From NCBI RefSeq assembly GCF_001194135.2, contig NC_068987.1, positions 63,066,833 to 63,130,823 of the forward strand: a stretch of DNA of 63,991 bases, in the 5' to 3' direction. Both the position numbers and the translations under genes were made by a program. Origin of the DNA: Octopus bimaculoides (lineage: Eukaryota). Positions 63,325 to 63,991 of the stretch are shown here, one piece after another. Below the pieces are notes generated by a model, which made no database searches, was not told where the DNA came from, and saw only the letters and a list, made by a program, of their open reading frames with translations. Position 1 is the stretch's first letter, and each line of letters begins with the position of its first letter.

Positions 63325-63457
63325 AGCACGTTGGACCTTGACATCAAACATACGAGAGCCCTTATGGACGGAGATCTGCTAACACCCACTGGAATATATG
63401 AGTGCACAGCAGCCGCAGAAGCTCTTCAAAAGTGTGTACATGCAAATATACATCCAG
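63325..63457 (+). CDS. EXOC1: EXOC1 coding exon (8th expected); gene continues beyond the window
   Basis: ctag|AGC...CCA G|gtaaat; STLDLDIKHTRALMDGDLLTPTGIYECTAAAEALQKCVHANIHPG. Confidence 0.92.
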
Positions 63458-63940
63458 GTAAATCACATCAGACACAGATCTGGTTTTTGTTACTTTGTAA
63501 TTGTTTGACTTTTTTTTTTTTAATGTATAGTGAGTGTTTTTTTGTTGTTGGTTGTTGTTTAACTGCCAAGTTGTCTCTGAGCAGGTATTCCTGTCTTGAT
63601 CATTCTATATTTTCCTAGAATCTAGGACTATCATATTGTATGAGTACTTTTTCCCTAGATGATCTGAGAGAAATTTGGCTGCTATTTCTAGGAGGCCCTT
63701 ATTTACCAACAAAGGTAGAAGCTCTCTGAACTTTGCTCAGCCTGTTCTTATCCTAGCAACTACATTTTCAGAACTTCCTCTACCCACTGCTAACTTGGTC
63801 TCCTAGGTAACAGAAGTTGTCTTCTACTTCTGATGATCACCCACATCACTTAATGCCATTTAGAAGAGCATGAATGCTGCAACATCCCATTACCAATTTC
63901 TAAAATGTACCGAGTAAAAATCAAAAAATCATACTGCTGG

Positions 63941-63991
63941 TCTTCTTCTTCTTCTTCTTCTTCCTCCTCCTCCTCCTCCTCCTCCTCCTCC
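63941..63991. repeat. (CTT)n-(CCT)n microsatellite
   Basis: Read directly. Confidence 0.95.

Noticed and set aside
1-63991. CRISPR arrays, rRNA, prokaryotic systems
   Set aside because: No regularly spaced repeat-spacer units, rRNA-like sequence or operon-like ORF density; the window is intron-rich eukaryotic DNA.

Overview
AT-rich, microsatellite- and SINE-dense eukaryotic DNA with ten N-gaps. The repeat landscape and gene structures suggest a cephalopod (octopus-like) genome, which is inference only. Two spliced + strand genes are supported. (1) An HMGB-family gene: three visible coding exons (34200-34354, 37612-37786, 39507-40331) with HMGB1-type intron positions. Its last exon encodes a K/P/A-rich linker, (AAQ)6 and a ~157-aa acidic tail; the N-terminal box-A exon was not found. 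(2) The 5' part of EXOC1/Sec3: seven visible coding exons from 51968 to 63457, one expected exon missing (probably in a gap), and the gene continuing beyond the window. The rest is decayed LINEs (RTE, CR1/L2-like, L1/Tx1), DNA transposon remnants and MITEs (maT/mariner, Tc1, hAT), and at least five SINE-like families, labelled A-E locally here. The most interesting unexplained signals are: five minimal type-I hammerhead ribozyme motifs of the Penelope-associated kind, one with an intact catalytic core (13300-13339, minus strand); two independent long palindromes (88-bp and 141-bp arms) built from one (TA)n-embedded element; a back-to-back SINE pair sharing one 11-bp target-site duplication; a perfect 41-bp hairpin; and the unusual HMGB C-terminus. 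All alignments were read by eye; no searches or folding were run.
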